This document shows, piece by piece, positions 62,063 to 64,000 of a stretch of DNA of 64,000 nucleotides. The notes beneath the pieces were generated by a model. It worked only from the letters and a program-made list of their open reading frames with translations, was not told where the DNA came from and did no database searches. This stretch comes from Octopus bimaculoides (Eukaryota): NCBI RefSeq assembly GCF_001194135.2, contig NC_069003.1, positions 31,890,968 to 31,954,967 on the forward strand, written 5' to 3'. Position 1 is the first letter of the stretch. Each line of letters begins with the position of its first letter. The position numbers were made by a program, and so were the translations under genes.

Positions 62063-64000
62063 GAATATGGTACAGGATGGTTCCAAGTAGTAGGGTTGAT
62101 ATAATCTGCAATAAACCCTATGAAGCAGTCCCCTAGCAAGGCTAAAGTCCAAGGTTTGAAACTAGGAAAAGAATCATAGAATATTATTTAAATCTTTCAA
62201 TGTCGTTTCACAGAATGGAAAACAGACGTTAAATGATGATGATGATAATGATGGCGCAGGTTTGGCTGTGTGGTTAAAAAGTTTGCTTCCCAACCACATG
62301 GCTATGGGTTCAATCACATCGTGTGACACTTTGGGCAAGTGTCGTCTACCATAACTTCATGTCTGGCCATGTGGAAGTATTACCTTGCTTGGAAACAGGT
62401 GAGGGTTGATGACAGAAAGGGCCTCTGGCCATAGAAATACCAGTCTCAAAAAACTTCATCTGACCCATGTGAGTATGGAAAAGCGGATGTTAAACGATTA
62501 TGACAACAACGACAATGATGATGAAGACGTATGCATAAGTAAATGTAAACGCTCTAGTGTTTTTATATATAACATTCTCATGAACAGAGACAAGGTGTTT
62601 ACATATCTTTATACATAATGTTGGCTAAAACTCTATAGCTAGATTCTATAAAAATAGAGTAGAATATTAAAATAAAAACACTTAATGCTGCAATAATTTA
62701 TAGCTATAAAAATACTGAGTGGCCAAGACTGGAATATCATTCATCATAGATCTGCTAGATTAAGAGTGACTTCAGAGAAACAAAAACGACATATTTTTTT
62801 TTTATGCATTTCCGTATTTTCCAGCATACAAGTTGATGCAATATATACAGTGTAAACAGATAGTGTAAACATTCAAGCATCACAATCTTTCTACATCCTG
62901 CTGCATTTCACATGGGAAATTTTTGGTTGGCCTACCTTTCTTGGCAGTTAATTTTGGTCTGATAGAAATTTCACTTATATACTGGAAAATATGGCCGATA
63001 AGCGAAACTTGTATGCAGTCAGCTGAACCTGCTAGAAATAATGACTAAATACCTTTTGGAGGACACCCTGATGTCTTGAAAATTAAGCGACAGAGATTTG
63101 GCTTTTATTTCTAGCAGATTAAGTGACCATGTGATATATTTATATATCACATATATATATATAGGTCAGTCCTCATCCAGCAAACCTATGATCAAATGCA
63201 CCTGTCTGTTACCATCCAGTTTGTTTACAGACATAGTATTACTAGGGTTACATCATCTAGTATGTCTGTTTTTATAAAAAAAAAATTTTTTTAAACAGTT
63301 GGTGTTTTGGCTGTTATTTCTAGCAAGTGGAGCATCTGCATAGAGACTCCCATGTTGGCTAAAGTGAAATATTGCTTAACGCCAGGTCAGTACTAATTCA
63401 GATGACCTATGAATAAAGACTTTCCAACCATGAACATTTCATCTGTGACTTATTTATGGCTGCATTATTCAATGTATCCTTAAATTTTCAAGACATCAAG
63501 GTGTCATCTAAAGGATATTTGGTTGCTACTTCTAGCAGGTCCAGATGACTGCATACAAGTTTTGCTTATCTCTATATCACCAAGTCCATTTGAAATCTTT
63601 GAGGAAACCATTTACCATAAACATCACCATCATCACAATAGTTACTTGTCAGAGGCCATATCACTGGTTACCAGCAGAGAGAGGTGTATGGATGTTATCT
63701 GTAGCTAAGAAGTGGATAGCTACATATTTGTGTGTGGTGAGAGGTGAGAATTAAGAATGTCTTGTGTACATGCTTGGATAAGCGCATTGTAAATAAGGAG
63801 ATAATTTTCCACTCAAGGCCGAGCAGCTGACCAAGAATTCTGTGTTCATGTGTCTTGTTAGAAACCTCTATCAATCTCTTTTGCACTGATTGTCTCATGC
63901 TTCTAATATTTATGAACATAATTTGGCAGGAAAATCATGGAGAATTTCCATTTACCATACATCTGCAACTGAAATACTATTGGTCAAAATTCAGGGCCAG

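Noticed and set aside
63560-63625. Minus-strand GLGDIEISKTC resembling PLGHLDI
   Set aside because: There is an in-frame stop just upstream, no acceptor, and it runs into a common repeat.
1-64000. CRISPR-like arrays, rRNA, or prokaryotic/viral operons
   Set aside because: No constant-repeat/unique-spacer arrays, no rRNA motifs, and no long real ORFs.

Overview
AT-rich eukaryotic DNA packed with microsatellites and SINEs, with 14 N-gaps. The repeat landscape looks like an octopus (coleoid cephalopod) short-read assembly; this is an inference, not a database result. The only host gene I can support is a minus-strand TBC1D2/TBC1D2B-like Rab-GAP gene. Two solid exons are visible: 22483-22609 (end of the PH domain) and 3541-3724. 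They join in frame across an ~18.8 kb intron. A possible 11-nt microexon lies at 633-643. The upstream PH exons were not found, so 22.6-64 kb is probably one large intron, or those exons lie in gaps. Nearly all ORFs in the supplied track are microsatellite, SINE or N-gap artefacts. The intronic DNA is a mosaic of at least five SINE-like families, TTAA (piggyBac-type), hAT-type and mariner-type MITEs, Helentron/HINE-like elements, RTE and Tx1-like LINE relics, and Penelope-like (PLE) relics. The most notable signals are: (1) seven minimal type-I hammerhead-ribozyme-like motifs between 21.5 and 33.7 kb, plus a GIY-YIG fragment at 49.5 kb; (2) a tandem array of four tRNA-like Pol III heads; (3) a stand-alone tRNA-Thr(CGT)-like cloverleaf; (4) nested insertions with readable target-site duplications; (5) long inverted repeats that could be dsRNA/ADAR substrates. 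No prokaryotic-type system, CRISPR array or rRNA is present. Repeat boundaries were read by eye and are approximate unless a TSD or TIR is quoted.
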